This document shows, piece after piece, positions 1 to 13,530 of a stretch of 64,000 nucleotides of DNA. Numbering within the stretch: the first letter of the stretch is position 1; every line of letters begins with the position of its first letter. This stretch comes from Macrostomum lignano (lineage: Eukaryota). The DNA is taken from NCBI GenBank assembly GCA_002269645.1, contig NIVC01002735.1:80679-144678 (forward strand). The letters are read 5' to 3'. The notes below the pieces were generated by a model. The model saw nothing but the letters and a program-made list of their open reading frames with translations. It ran no database searches and was not told the DNA's origin. A program made the translations under genes and the position numbers.

Positions 1-3000
1 TCAGATCCCTAATCTCACCATCAGATCTCCAATCTCACCATCAGATCTCCAATCTCACCATCCGATTCCTAATCTCACCATCAGATTTCCAATCTCACTA
101 TCAGATCTCCAATCTCACCATCAGATCCCCAATCTCACCATCAGATCCCCAATCTCACCATCAGATTTCCAATCTCACCATCAGATTTCCAATCTCACCA
201 TCAGATCCCCAATCTCACCATCAGATCTCCAATCTCACCATCCGATTCTTAATCTCACCATCAGATCCCCAATTTCACTATCAGATCCCCAATCTCAACA
301 TCAGATCTCCAATGTCCAATCTCACAATCAGATCTCTAATTTCACTATCAGATCCCCAATCTCACCATCAGATCCCCAATTTCACTATCAGATCTCCAAT
401 CTCACCATCAGATCTCCAATCTCACCATCAGATCTCCAATCTCACCATCAGATCTCCAATCTCACCATCCGATTCCTAATCTCACCATCAGATTTCCAAT
501 CTCACTATCAGATCTCCAATCTCACCATCCGATTCCTAATCTCACCATCAGATCCCCAATCTCACCATCAGATCTCCAATCTCACCATCAGATCTCCAAT
601 CTCACCATCCGATTCCTAATCTCACCATCAGATTTCCAATCTCACAATCAGATCCCCAATCTCACCATCAGATCTCCAATCGCACCATCAGATCCCCAAT
701 CTCACTATCAGATCTCCAATCTCACCATCAGATCTCCAATCTCACCATCCGATTCCTAATCTCACCATCAGATTTCCAATCTCACTATCAGATCTCCAAT
801 CTCACCATCCGATTCCTAATCTCACCATCAGATCCCCAATCTCACCATCAGATCTCCAATCTCACCATCAGATCTCCAATCTCACCATCCGATTCCTAAT
901 CTCACCATCAGATTTCCAATCTCACTATCAGATCCCCAATCTCACCATCAGATCTCCAATCGCACCATCAGATCCCCAATCTCACTATCAGATCTCCAAT
1001 CTCACCATCAGATCTCCAATCTCACCATCCGATTCCTAATCTCACCATCAGATTTCCAATCTCACTATCAGATCTCCAATCTCACCATCAGATCCCCAAT
1101 CTCACCATCAGATCCCCAATCTCACCATCAGATTTCCAATCTCACCATCAGATTTCCAATCTCACCATCAGATCCCCAATCTCACCATCAGATCTCCAAT
1201 CTCACCATCCGATTCCTAATCTCACCATCAGATCCCCAATCTCACAATCAGATCTCCAATCTCACCATCCGATTCCCAATCTCACCATCAGATTTCCAAT
1301 CTCACCATCAGATTTCCAATCTCACCATCAGATCCCCAATCTCACCATCAGATTTCCAATCTCACCATCAGATTTCCAATCTCCCCATCAGATTTCCAAT
1401 CTCAGCATCAGATCCCCAATCTCACCATCAGATTTCCAATCTCACCATCAGATTTCCAATCTCACCATCAGATCCCCAATCTCACCATCAGATTTCCAAT
1501 CTCAGCATCAGATTTCCAATCTCACCATCAGATCCCTAATCTCACCATCAGATCCCCAATCTCACCATCAGATCCCCAATCTCACCATCAGATTTCCAAT
1601 CTCACCATCAGATCCCCAATCTCACCATCAGATTTCCAATCTCACCATCAGATCTCCAATCTCAGCATCAGATCCCCAATTTCACTATCAGATCTCCAAT
1701 CTCACCATCAGATCTCCAATCTCACCATCAGATCTCCAATCTCACCATCAGATCTCCAATCTCACCATCCGATTCCTAATCTCACCATCAGATTTCCAAT
1801 CTCACAATCAGATCCCCAATCTCACCATCAGATCTCCAATCGCACCATCAGATCCCCAATCTCACTATCAGATCTCCAATCTCACCATCAGATCTCCAAT
1901 CTCACCATCCGATTCCTAATCTCACCATCAGATTTCCAATCTCACTATCAGATCTCCAATCTCACCATCAGATCCCCAATCTCACCATCAGATCCCCAAT
2001 CTCACCATCAGATCTCCAATCTCACCATCAGATCTCCAATCTCACCATCCGATTCCTAATCTCACCATCAGATTTCCAATCTCACTATCAGATCCCCAAT
2101 CTCACCATCAGATCTCCAATCGCACCATCAGATCCCCAATCTCACTATCAGATCTCCAATCTCACCATCAGATCTCCAATCTCACCATCCGATTCCTAAT
2201 CTCACCATCAGATTTCCAATCTCACTATCAGATCTCCAATCTCACCATCAGATCCCCAATCTCACCATCAGATCCCCAATCTCACCATCAGATTTCCAAT
2301 CTCACCATCAGATTTCCAATCTCACCATCAGATCCCCAATCTCACCATCAGATCTCCAATCTCACCATCCGATTCCTAATCTCACCATCAGATCCCCAAT
2401 CTCACAATCAGATCTCCAATCTCACCATCCGATTCCCAATCTCACCATCAGATTTCCAATCTCACCATCAGATTTCCAATCTCACCATCAGATCCCCAAT
2501 CTCACCATCAGATTTCCAATCTCACCATCAGATTTCCAATCTCCCATCAGATTTCCAATCTCAGCATCAGATCCCCAATCTCACCATCAGATTTCCAATC
2601 TCACCATCAGATTTCCAATCTCACCATCAGATCCCCAATCTCACCATCAGATTTCCAATCTCAGCATCAGATTTCCAATCTCACCATCAGATCCCTAATC
2701 TCACCATCAGATCCCCAATCTCACCATCAGATCCCCAATCTCACCATCAGATTTCCAATCTCACCATCAGATCCCCAATCTCACCATCAGATTTCCAATC
2801 TCACCATCAGATCTCCAATCTCAGCATCAGATCCCCAATCTCACCATCAGATTTCCAATCTTACCATCAGATTTCCAATCTCACCATCAGATCCCCAATC
2901 TCACCATCAGATTTCCAATCTCACCATCAGATCTCCAATCTCAGCATCAGATCCCCAATCTCACCATCAGATCCCCAATCTCACCATCAGATTTCCAATC

Positions 3001-4347
3001 TCACCATCAGATCCCCAATCTCACCATCAGATTTCCAATCTCACCATCAGATCCCCAATCTCACCATCAGATTTCCAATCTCACCATCAGATCTCCAATC
3101 TCAGCATCAGATCCCTAATCTCACCATCAGATCCCCAATCTCACCATCAGATCCCCAATCTCACCATCAGATTTCCAATCTCACCATCAGATCCCCAATC
3201 TCACCATCAGATTTCCAATCTCACCATCAGATCTCCAATCTCAGCATCAGATCCCCAATCTCACCATCAGATCCCCAATCTCACCATCAGATTTCCAATC
3301 TCACCATCAGATCCCCAATCTCACCATCAGATTTCCAATCTTACCATCAGATTTCCAATCTCACCATCAGATCCCCAATCTCACCATCAGATTTCCAATC
3401 TCACCATCAGATTTCCAATCTCACCATCAGATCCCCAATCTCACCATCAGATCCCCAATCTCACCATCAGATTTCCAATCTCACCATCAGATCCCCAATC
3501 TCACCATCAGATTTCCAATCTTACCATCAGATTTCCAATCTCACCATCAGATCCCCAATCTCACCATCAGATTTCCAATCTCACCATCAGATCTCCAATC
3601 TCAGCATCAGATCCCCAATCTCACCATCAGATCCCCAATCTCACCATCAGATTTCCAATCTCACCATCAGATCCCCAATCTCACCATCAGATTTCCAATC
3701 TCACCATCAGATCCCCAATCTCACCATCAGATTTCCAATCTCACCATCAGATCTCCAATCTCAGCATCAGATCCCTAATCTCACCATCAGATCCCCAATC
3801 TCACCATCAGATCCCCAATCTCACCATCAGATTTCCAATCTCACCATCAGATCCCCAATCTCACCATCAGATTTCCAATCTCACCATCAGATCTCCAATC
3901 TCACCATCAGATTTCCAATCTCACCATCAGATTTCCAATCTCACCATCAGATCCCCAATCTCACCATCAGATTTCCAATCTCACCATCAGATTTCCAATC
4001 TCCCCATCAGATTTCCAATCTCAGCATCAGATCCCCAATCTCACCATCAGACTTCCAATCTCACCATCAGATTTCCAATCTCACCATCAGATCCCCAATC
4101 TCACCATCAGATTTCCAATCTCAGCATCAGATTTCCAATCTCACCATCAGATCCCTAATCTCACCATCAGATCCCCAATCTCACCATCAGATCCCCAATC
4201 TCACCATCAGATTTCCAATCTCACCATCAGATCCCTAATCTCACCATCAGATCCCCAATCTCACCATCAGATCCCCAATCTCACCATCAGATCCCCAATC
4301 TCACCATCAGATCCCCAATCTTACCATCAGATTTCCAATCTCACCAT
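1..4347. repeat. 20-bp satellite array (TCAGATCTCCAATCTCACCA)n, about 217 units, runs off the left edge
   Basis: Direct: 20-nt period throughout, with variants GATCCCC/GATTTCC/CCGATTCCT; higher-order blocks with 1160-bp and 660-bp periods. Confidence 0.98.
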
Positions 4348-5515
4348 CGGAACCCCAATATCAAGCTTGAAAAAAAGAATATGAAGCCAGAAGTCTAAAA
4401 GTTGAGCAAATTTGCATACATCCAAAGCCTGATGCAAGTCTCATTGGCATTATAGAAAGAGTTGAAATTTTTCTTAATTTTGCTTGACTAACTTAGTTTT
4501 TTAGAAGTAGATACTCATTTACTACTATTAGTTAGTAGTACTGTGTTAATTGTTTTTACGCTCGTTTCTCCTAATCTTTTGTTTTTTAGTCCAATCATCG
4601 GATATGATTCACGCAGAATGTGATTCTAAAGAGTCTCCAAAATGAGATTTAAGAAAAGCAAGTCATCAAAAGATGAACATTGGGTCAGCCTCCTATCAAA
4701 GGCAGTAACAATTTTTGTGCTAAAATAATGAAAACCTCCATCTCCGTTAAGTATTTTTTTCTGTAAAAGCTGCCTCCTAAAATGTTCCAAGAAACGTACG
4801 AGCGTCTCGTAGTTTCCCTACTTGAGTAGCCCTTGTTATCAAACTTTGGGGGAAATTGTATTTGTAAATCAATTTGATTGCGGCAAAGCATCAAATTGAA
4901 AGCATGATGAATGCTTCAAATTGCACAGCTTTACTGGGAGAGGAGCAAGAAAGTACAGCAAACCTGCTCAATTCACTGCCTAAAGGTTAATTTCCCATAC
5001 GTCAAAATTTAGCAAGTTTGATTGAAATGATTCAAGATACTTGACAGCCAGTGGGTTTTATTGCAACACACAAAAGTACAAGTTTTGATTACCAGACGGC
5101 AGTGAAATATTGCCCGGAATTGTCAATCGTGTATTGATGCAAGGTTTGAAAATTGCCAAGAATAAAAGCTTTGCAATATTCGTCTGGAAAAAAAGTCGAC
5201 AAAAATAGAGATAAAAATAATAATCAATCAATCTAAAACGTATTTGAAATATTTATATCACATGACAAGCTCATTGACAAAATATAAGCATATTTTTGCA
5301 AACAAAGCTTCAAAAAGTGACTCCAGACTTCAGCCTGAGCAGTAAAGTCGAACAAAATAGTGGAGAAAAAAGGGATTTCCGGTGTACCTTAAAGTTCAAG
5401 ACTCATTCTACTGCACTTATCTGAACAGTTTAAGCCCAGTGCTTCATATGAATAAGGTGAAAATATATTTCAGAGTGCTGTAAATGGGTTTTGTAATCGG
5501 CACAGCTAGGACTGT

Positions 5516-6478
5516 GTGCTGGGGTGTGGGGTCAGATGGTGGGGGAGGGCTGAGTGCTGGGTGTGGGGTCAGATGGTGGGGAGGGCTGAGTGCTGGGGTG
5601 TGGGGTCAGATGGTGGGGGAGGGCTGAGTGCTGGGGTGTGGGGTCAGATGGTGGGTTGATGGGGAGGGCTGAGTGCTGGGGTGTGGGGTCAGATGGTGCG
5701 TTGATGGGGAGGGCTGAGTGCTGGGGTGTGGGGTCAGATGGTGGGTTGATGGGGAGGGCTGAGTGCTGGGGTGTGGGGTCAGATGGTGGGTTGATGGGGA
5801 GGGCTGAGTGCTGGGGTGTGGGGTCAGATGGTGGGGTTGGTGGGGGGGGGGGCTGAATGCTGGGGTGTGGGGTCAGATGGTGGGGTTGTTGGGGAGGGCT
5901 GAGTGCTGGGTGTGGGGTCAGATGTTGGGGTTGTTGGGGAGGGCTGAGTGCTGGGGTGTGGGGTCAGATGGTGGGTTGATGGGGAGGGCTGAGTGCTGGG
6001 GTGTGGGGTCAGATGGTGGGTTGATGGGGAGGGCTGAATGCTGGGGTGTGGGGTCAGATGGTGGGTTGATGGGGAGGGCTGAATGCTGGGGTGTGGGGTC
6101 AGATGGTGGGTTGATGGGGAGGGCTGAATGCTGGGGTGTGGGGTCAGATGGTGGGTTGATGGGGAGGGCTGAGTGCTGGGGTGTGGGGTCAGATGGTGGG
6201 TTGATGGGGAGGGCTGAATGCTGGGGTGTGGGGTCAGATGGTGGGTTGATGGGGAGGGCTGAATGCTGGGGTGTGGGGTCAGATGGTGGGGTTGGTGGGG
6301 AGGGATGAGTGCTGGGTGTGGGGTCAGATGGTGGGGTTGGTGGGGAGGGATGAGTGCTGGGTGTGGGGTCAGATGGTGGGGTTGGTGGGGAGGGATGAGT
6401 GCTGGGTGTGGGGTCAGATGGTGGGGGAGGGCTGAGTGCTGGGGTGTGGGGTCAGATGGTGGGTTGATGGGGAGGGCT
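5516..6478 (+). repeat. About 45-bp G-rich minisatellite (GGGCTGAGTGCTGGGGTGTGGGGTCAGATGGTGGGTTGATGGGGA)
   Basis: 15-aa periodic translation GRAECWGVGSDGGLM; four or more G-runs per unit. Confidence 0.95.
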
Positions 6479-8616
6479 CTGAGCATTCAAATTCGAATTG
6501 CTACTGTTATACACAGACAGCATCCGGCTGTGGTTTCAAAGAGCCCATCAAGCTTGCATGGAACAAAAAAATGAGTCGAACAACTCATTCTTCGATCGTA
6601 TTAAATAACTCAATGAATTGACGCAGCTTTTTCTGTTTTTGTTTGAATGAAATACTACCGAACTAAAATGACCATTTTTTACAACAGAAAACTTACTTTA
6701 CATGATCATCATGACCTGCTTGCAATTGGGAAGATAGGGGAAAACCAATTGGGAAGATAGGGGAAAACACAGGTTAAAAAATTAATTTAGACGAGAATCG
6801 TTTGCGGGATATTCTGGGCTCAGGCTCACTGAAGTACACACGGCTTCTTGACTTTAGCCATATTTCACTTAATCCAGTCTATATCAAACTGAAAAGTCAC
6901 ATCGAATGATGTTCGTACAGCACAAGGTTCTGAAGAGTAAATCATGAAGACAGGGTCAACAACGCTTGTGCCGAGAGAAGCAGCGCAGAAAGCAGCTTAG
7001 GGGAATCAGGGGAGGCGGAAAATTCTCGCAAAAATGCCATCGAATGATCCGGACGCCACATCGGGATGCCATGAGTTGCCCGCGGCCAGCTGCACGCGGG
7101 GGAAGCGGCCTCTGGGACAGGCGATGCAGGGCGGAGGGATTTCTGCAAGCCTTGCAGCCTCCAGTCGGTGTACACTCGCCCTCAAAGCGCATGTCGCATT
7201 GGCAAAGCAATAATTAAAAAGAAGAGTAAAAACTATAGGCATGTAAAAACAGCATCTCGCTGTAGCAGGTGTCGCATGCGCTGCCAGCAAAGGGGAAAGC
7301 GGTCGGGGGAGTAAAACACCTTTTCTCTGTGATTTAATAACTCCTAAAAATGAACTCAAAAAATCTGAGCAGATTGTCGGAACACAAATACTCATTGATA
7401 CTACTTTTCATTAATATACTACTTATCCACCGATAGTCTCGCATCATCGGATTAAAGTTGTGAATAAATTCGCTCAAACGATGAGTATAAAATGTTAAAC
7501 AATAGACAAACTTTATCAAAAGCATTACCTACCTATTTAGGTTTATGCAATACGGGACAACGATGCATTTAGAGATAGCATTCTTATTACGCTGTGAAAT
7601 GTACTGCGAAACGTGATAATGCCATTTAAGCATTGCGACAGCCTACAAAAAACAATCTAATAAACGTTTCGGACACTTACTGATAAAGTAATTAGAAATA
7701 TTACAGCAATAAAGTATTAAAAACCTAGCAAAAACAAGATTAATCGTATTTCAAACAGAGCTCGTACTACTTACTGCTTAAATAGCTGCAACGCTACTAT
7801 AAGTAGTAAAATAACGGAAATAACATTTGATGTCAGAAGGGACTTTACAGAAGAATTACGAATTAGCAAAGGGCTTAAAAATTAGGGACAGAATATTTTA
7901 CATTATTATTATATGAAAATCGTATGCTAGAATAAATTAACCACAAGATTTAATAACAGATTGTGCTATTTGTTTTTTTATTCCTCACCCAACGCGCCCA
8001 CCTCACTCCGCTGAGCGCTCATTGGCTAAGCTGTAAAGGGCTGGTTTTTTCACACCCACTCCAACCCGCTACGCCAGCTCCCGACTCTCTCAAGTTTTAT
8101 GGCCTACAAGTTGAAGTTGTTTAGTCTGCAAACAGTTTGGGGACTCGGGGTGAATGGTGCGAGCTAAGTAAATTGAGAAGTGGCAGAGTAAAACGCTTAT
8201 TAAGTTGTAAAGCGGCTATTGGCCATTAAGAGCTCCAATTAAATAATTTGAATTAGCACTATATACACATCTTACACATTAACAAATTAACAAAGCTGTC
8301 GAAGCACACACTCATTAAAAAGGTACCAAATAATTCTGTGTACATATTTTGAAAAGATGCCATGGCGCAGTAAAAGGGTTAATTATAAACTAGCTCTAAT
8401 TAAAACTAAATTTGTCAAAATAGTCGTAATATTTATCTTATTAAAGCCACGAAGACGGATAATAATCTAATAGCTAGAATACATTGTGACAGGCTGTGTA
8501 TCCTGAGCAGCAAAAAACAAAACTTAGCCAACGAATTTCGGATCGTATAATTTGGGTTCGCCTTTACTTCAGGTATTTCGGGTTAGGTATTATAAATCAA
8601 AGCTCTAAGCAGCAGA

Positions 8617-9540
8617 TTAGTGACCAGCTCCAGGACTTCCGGCTACGGCAGCGGTGGCAGCCGCAGGCGGAGCCTTGCTTGTGGCAGCAGCGGCGGCGGC
8701 GGCAGCAGCAGCCGCAGCAGCCGCAGCAGCAAGAAAGCGCACCGGACTGGCGCCAACCGGACTGGCGCCTGGCCAGGTCGGCGTGGCGCCCGGAGTAGCG
8801 CGAAAGATGTGCTCAAAGTGGTCGATGCCGGCCGCGCGGGACAGCTTGGCGCCTGCCGGGCTGGAGTCCCGCTGCAGCTCCAGAATCATCTTGATCGCGT
8901 TCGGCGTGTCGTTGCGGCAAAAGTCTATTGGCGAGGACAGGATTGGGCGGAACAGGTCGGCGGCTGAGGATCGGCTGTGGTGCATTTGGTGCTGATGCTG
9001 GCGCTGACTCTGCTGCTGGAGCTGTTGCTGCTGCTGCTGGTGATGCTGGTGATGAAGCTGCTGCCCCTCGTCCCGCTCCTTCAGTGTGCCGTCCCGGCCG
9101 GGCACAAGCGGCCGAGGCCGAGGCAGATGACGCAGCTGCGGAGCGGGCATCGCGGCTGCAGCTGCGGCGGCGGCTGCGGCGGCGGCGGTGGCGGCGCTGG
9201 CTTTGGCTGCCGTAGTTCCCGCAGTTTGGCTGCCAGCTGCGACTTCCAGCTCGGCGGTAGGGGTGACGATCACAACGGCGGAGCTCGGGGGCGGCGCTGG
9301 GAGCGCATCGACATTCGCTGTGGTCGAGGAGGCCCCGCCCGAGGAGGTCGAGGCGCCGCCGCAGACCGGCGAATCGCTGGATCGTCGGCTGCCGCCGCCT
9401 TCGCCGCCTCCGCTGTTCCCGCCGCCGTGAATGGAGGACACGGACGAGACAGCAGCGGCGGAAGCCGATGCGGAAGCGGAAACTACTGAAGAGGCTCCGG
9501 CGAACGGAAAGGCCGTGAAGTTCAACTCCGAGGTCATCGG
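8617..9540 (-). CDS. NFI: NFI-like gene, left copy, terminal exon 5 (Ala/Gln/Ser-rich region plus stop)
   Basis: Acceptor CCTTTTCTCAG|CCG ATG ACC (phase 0) matches the phase-0 donor of exon 4; 924 bp to TAA. Confidence 0.8.
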   Translation of the reverse strand, partial: PMTSELNFTAFPFAGASSVVSASASASAAAVSSVSSIHGGGNSGGGEGGGSRRSSDSPVCGGASTSSGGASSTTANVDALPAPPPSSAVVIVTPTAELEVAAGSQTAGTTAAKASAATAAAAAAAAAAAAMPAPQLRHLPRPRPLVPGRDGTLKERDEGQQLHHQHHQQQQQQLQQQSQRQHQHQMHHSRSSAADLFRPILSSPIDFCRNDTPNAIKMILELQRDSSPAGAKLSRAAGIDHFEHIFRATPGATPTWPGASPVGASPVRFLAAAAAAAAAAAAAAAATSKAPPAAATAAVAGSPGAGH

Positions 9541-9881
9541 CTGAGAAAAGGATGGAATAAAAGAACAAGTTAATGAGCCGGTAACTCTACTTAGAGTAGT
9601 AACTGATTTGTCTAATTTCAATGAGTGGCTTCCATGGATTTGAAAAAAAACTGATTTTTGCTAACGCCTAACGTTTTGTCCGCCAATGATCCTCGAGCAG
9701 GGCGTTTAATCGAAAATCGATTGAAATTTCACGTTACAGAAACGAACAGTTTTTTTGTTTAAAACGAATTTTATGCTTATTTTCTTGAAAAAGCTATAGA
9801 AAAAAAGAGTGCAAATGCCTGTTTAAGATGATGCAATGCATACACGCTGTGAATTCTATTTGCGATTTGGCGAGCACTCAC

Positions 9882-10162
9882 GCTTCTGCAGTAGGGCGAG
9901 CCACGCAGCGAGTGCAGCGAAGCCGCCGCGGCCGATAGCGGCTCCTTGGCGGCGTCGCCGGCTGGCAGGCCGGTGATCTCCGCCACCTCCGCCTCCGTCT
10001 GGCTGTTCTGCTGGCGCAGCAGGCGCAGCCGGCGGCGCTGCTGCTGCTGAGCGGCGGCGTCTGCGCCAGCGTCTTCTTCGTCGACGTCAACGTCAACATC
10101 GTCGGCAGCGGCAGACGTCGACCCGCTGGTGTCGGCAATTGAATGGCCGCTTTTGGCGTGCT
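9882..10162 (-). CDS. NFI: NFI-like gene, left copy, exon 4
   Basis: Acceptor CCGTTGCAG|AG (phase 1), donor AGC|GTGAGT (phase 0); 281 bp; open frame KHAKSGHS...SPYCRS. Confidence 0.8.
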
Positions 10163-10349
10163 CTGCAACGGAATTTGATCGATTAACAGGCAAATGTATT
10201 TGCTTGCTGACTGGCTGGTTGGTGATTTGATGACTTTCTAAATAAAAAGTTGATCCAGAAAAGTTCACATCACTCGACGGAGTGAATGATCACTGAAGTA
10301 AACTAATAATTGATCTTTTGTTTCAGCAATCGTCTCTAATCGCACTCAC

Positions 10350-10730
10350 TGAACACGGCAGCAGCTTCAGCGCCTCGCCGCTTCCTGGCTGGCGGTCGAT
10401 CAGCCTCCTCGTTGTCCGCCTCATCGCCGGCAGGTTCGCCGCCATCATCGCTATCATCGCTGTCCTCCGGCCCATCGTCTGCCTCCTCCTCATTGTCGTC
10501 AATGCGTGTCCTCTTGTGGGCGCGCCGTCTGCCGCCGCCGGCGCCGCGGACACAACGGCGCTTGGCCGCCGGTCCACCTCCGCCGCGCCGATGGTCGAGC
10601 TGGCGCCGGCCGGTAGCCAGGGAGTCCTGGTAGGCGGCCCACACGGCTGGGTAGCTGTCGCGCACGAAGGCGGCGTCCTCCGGCGACAGCTGGTAGCGGT
10701 CGAGCAGCGGCGGTGGCACGGACATCGAGG
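10350..10730 (-). CDS. NFI: NFI-like gene, left copy, exon 3 (basic and acidic, NLS-like KRR/RKRR)
   Basis: Acceptor AAACCCGCAG|CC (phase 1), donor TTCA|GTGAGT (phase 1); 381 bp; frame consistent with exons 2 and 4. Confidence 0.8.
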
Positions 10731-11065
10731 CTGCGGGTTTCGCATTGAAGGTTGTGACGGCGTCGTGGAAAATGTGGATTTTTTCAGAAGCCCGACATGT
10801 TCAGTGAGATTTTTTTAAAATATGACTCTTCAGGTACTGCCCACAAGCTTCTACAGTTGTGCGGGATGGCAGGTAGGAAAAACAAACTGTTTTAATGAGT
10901 TAAAAGTTAACGCTTTTTCTTAAGTACAGGACGCTTAGAACAAAATAATTTCATAACTCTTTTTCAAAAGCTCAGGATAATAGCTACTCGTAGATTGTAT
11001 CAGAGATTTTTGCCTACTATTCAAAGTAGCAAGACAAGCATGTGATGCAACTTTATTAGTGTAAA

Positions 11066-11162
11066 TACAAAATGGCTGCTAAAAGGCTGCGGTTTAATAT
11101 CCGCTGACTGAAAACTCAGAAACTGGTCTTGGACTGGCGTGAGTTCGAATCTCACTTTTGAA
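11066..11162 (+). pseudogene. tRNA-Leu(TAA)-like relic in NFI intron (antisense); mirrored at 22235-22331 on the minus strand
   Basis: Perfect T-arm GTGAG-TTCGAAT-CTCAC, acceptor stem TACAAAA/TTTTGAA (6 of 7 pairs), GCGG-TTTAATAT-CCGC anticodon-like hairpin and a long variable region. D-arm is defective. Confidence 0.4.
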
Positions 11163-12292
11163 GACGTATGTGAAAGGTCTGGGTTTTCTTAAAAGTACGT
11201 TTGGGACAAGCTATGGATATCGAGAAAAAGAGCTTGTCGTAAATACTCAAGTCGTAAATGGTGGTCGCTTTCTAAGAAAAGTAATTGGTCCTTCATGCAC
11301 TTTGGGTGCGCCTCTTGGGTTATGAAATTATCGAGGCCTATAGCTTCGGAGTGAACGAGTGTTTTTCTCACACGCGCTGAGTTCCTCGTTTGAGTTTGGT
11401 GCTGCCAAACTTCACGGGGTGAAATCAGCAAAGTTGAGCCTCATATAAATATTCGCCAGAGAGTTATGGGCAACCCCTCGGTGACATCAACGCAACCACC
11501 GCTGATGCAACTTCAAAATGAATGACAAAGGACCGCATAGAAGAGCAGACTGGAAAGTCCTGTTAATTATTCCTGAAAACCAGTTGGGAAGAGAACCCCA
11601 CAAAGCAGCTGGGAATTCAGACTGCTGTCCAGTCTCGGTCATCCGTCAAGTTAAGGATTTCGCCAGCCCCAGGTAAGGTCGGGTTCCCATAGCAGCTGGT
11701 CCCGAGCGGGGCCATAACTCCTGCCTCACAGATCGCCACACCAAGATGCTGAAGTGTTTCTTCAAAATGCAGTCAAAACTATTGCTGTCACGGAAGCATC
11801 GTTAATAGAATTCCGTAACAAGACAAAGACTCAGACACTGCGGTGACCGCAGACGGCATTCCGAATTGTCGATTGTCAAAATTCCTCGGTGTCAATTTTT
11901 CCCCTCCTTTGCTTCCCCTTCAAATCCCACTAATTTACAATCCTCACAGATTAGGCGGCGGCAACCGGTATGGGGGCGGGGCAGCGTCACCAGGTAGTTG
12001 GGTAATTCTCTCCTGCCTATTAAGCGTTGCAGTCTTTGTAGCAGGGGGGCTCTGAGACCAAGATTTATTGCGCCCCAACTGCGAGTATTTAAGTAGATTG
12101 CTGCGGTCTCGGAGTGGCGGGGATCGCATGCAGAGCAACAAAGACTAATTGAAAGCCTGTAAACGCGTTTTGTTTGTTGATCTTTTAACAGCTCGACTGT
12201 CAGCTGATTCATGCTTGATACTTGTCCACTCTCTCGTTACCCTTGTATATAAATCCCATTCGCTTTGCTCCTGAGCTTCCAAGTTTACACAT

Positions 12293-13530
12293 CTAAGCTC
12301 TCCTCCCCACTCCTCTCACCTGAGCTCTCCTCCCCACTCCCCTCACCTGAGCTCTCCTCCCCACTCCCTCACCTGAGCTCTCCTCCCCACTCCCCTCACC
12401 TGAGCTCTCCTCCCCACTCCCCTCACCTGAGCTCTCCTCCCCACTCCCCTCACCTGAGCTCTCCTCCCCACTCCCCTCACCTGAGCTCTCCTCCCCACTC
12501 CCCTCACCTGAGCTCTCCTCCCCACTCCCCTCACCTGAGCTCTCCTCCCCACTCCCTCACCTGAGCTCTCCTCCCCACTCCCTCACCTGAGCTCTCCTCC
12601 CCACCCATTTCCCCTCACCTGAGCTCTCCTCCCCACTCCCTCACCTGAGCTCTCCTCCCCACTCCTCTCACCTGAGCTCTCCTCCCACTCCCCTCACCTG
12701 AGCTCTCCTCCCCACTCCCCTCACCTGAGCTCTCCTCCCCACTCCCCTCACCTGAGCTCTCCTCCCCACTCCCCTCACCTGAGCTCTCCTCCCCACTCCC
12801 CTCACCTGAGCTCTCCTCCCCACTCCCTCACCTGAGCTCTCCTCCCCTCCTCTCACCTGAGCTCTCCTCCCCACTCCCCTCACCTGAGCTCTCCTCCCCA
12901 CTCCCCTCACCTGAGCTCTCCTCCCCACTCCCCTCACCTGAGCTCTCCTCCCCACTCCCTCACCTGAGCTCTCCTCCCCACTCCTCTCACCTGAGCTCTC
13001 CTCCCCACTCCCCTCACCTGAGCTCTCCTCCCCACTCATTTCCCCTCAGCTGAGCTCTCCTCCCCACTCATTTCCCCTCACCTGAGCTCTCCTCCCCACT
13101 CCGCTCACCGGAGCTCTCCTCCCCACTCATTTCCCTCAGCTGAGCTCTCCTCCCCACCCATTTCCCCTCACCTGAGCTCTCCTCCCCACCCATTTCCCCC
13201 ACCTGAGCTCTCCTCCCCACCCATTTCCCCTCACCTGAGCTCTCCTCCCCACTCATTTCCCCTCACCTGAGCTCTCCTCCCCACTCATTTCCCCTCACCT
13301 GAGCTCTCCTCCCCACTCATTTCCCTCACCTGAGCTCTCCTCCCCACTCATTTCCCCTCACCTGAGCTCTCCTCCCCACTCATTTCCCCTCACTTGAGCT
13401 CTCCTCCCCACTCATTTCCCCTCACTTGAGCTCTCCTCCCCACTCATTTCCCCTCACTTGAGCTCTCCTCCCCACTCATTTCCCCTCACCTGAGCTCTCC
13501 TCTCCACCCATTTCCCCTCACCTGAGCTGC
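12293..13530. repeat. 27-30-bp minisatellite (CTGAGCTCTCCTCCCCACTCCCCTCAC)n in NFI intron 2
   Basis: 9-aa periodic translation GVGRRAQVR; a 30-bp variant with CATTT dominates 13030-13530. Confidence 0.95.

Noticed and set aside
1-4347. True telomere at the left edge
   Set aside because: The unit is a 20-mer unrelated to TTAGGG, and its mirror copy is chromosome-internal.
6942-7395. Overlapping short ORFs in a GC-richer patch (mirror 25969-26439)
   Set aside because: The two arms disagree in frame, and there is no recognisable domain or convincing splice sites.
8617-9621. Stand-alone 334-aa gene (mirror 23776-24780), and the 129- and 138-aa ORFs as separate genes
   Set aside because: Their starts are in AT-rich intron sequence or mid-exon; strong in-phase splice sites make them exons of the NFI gene.
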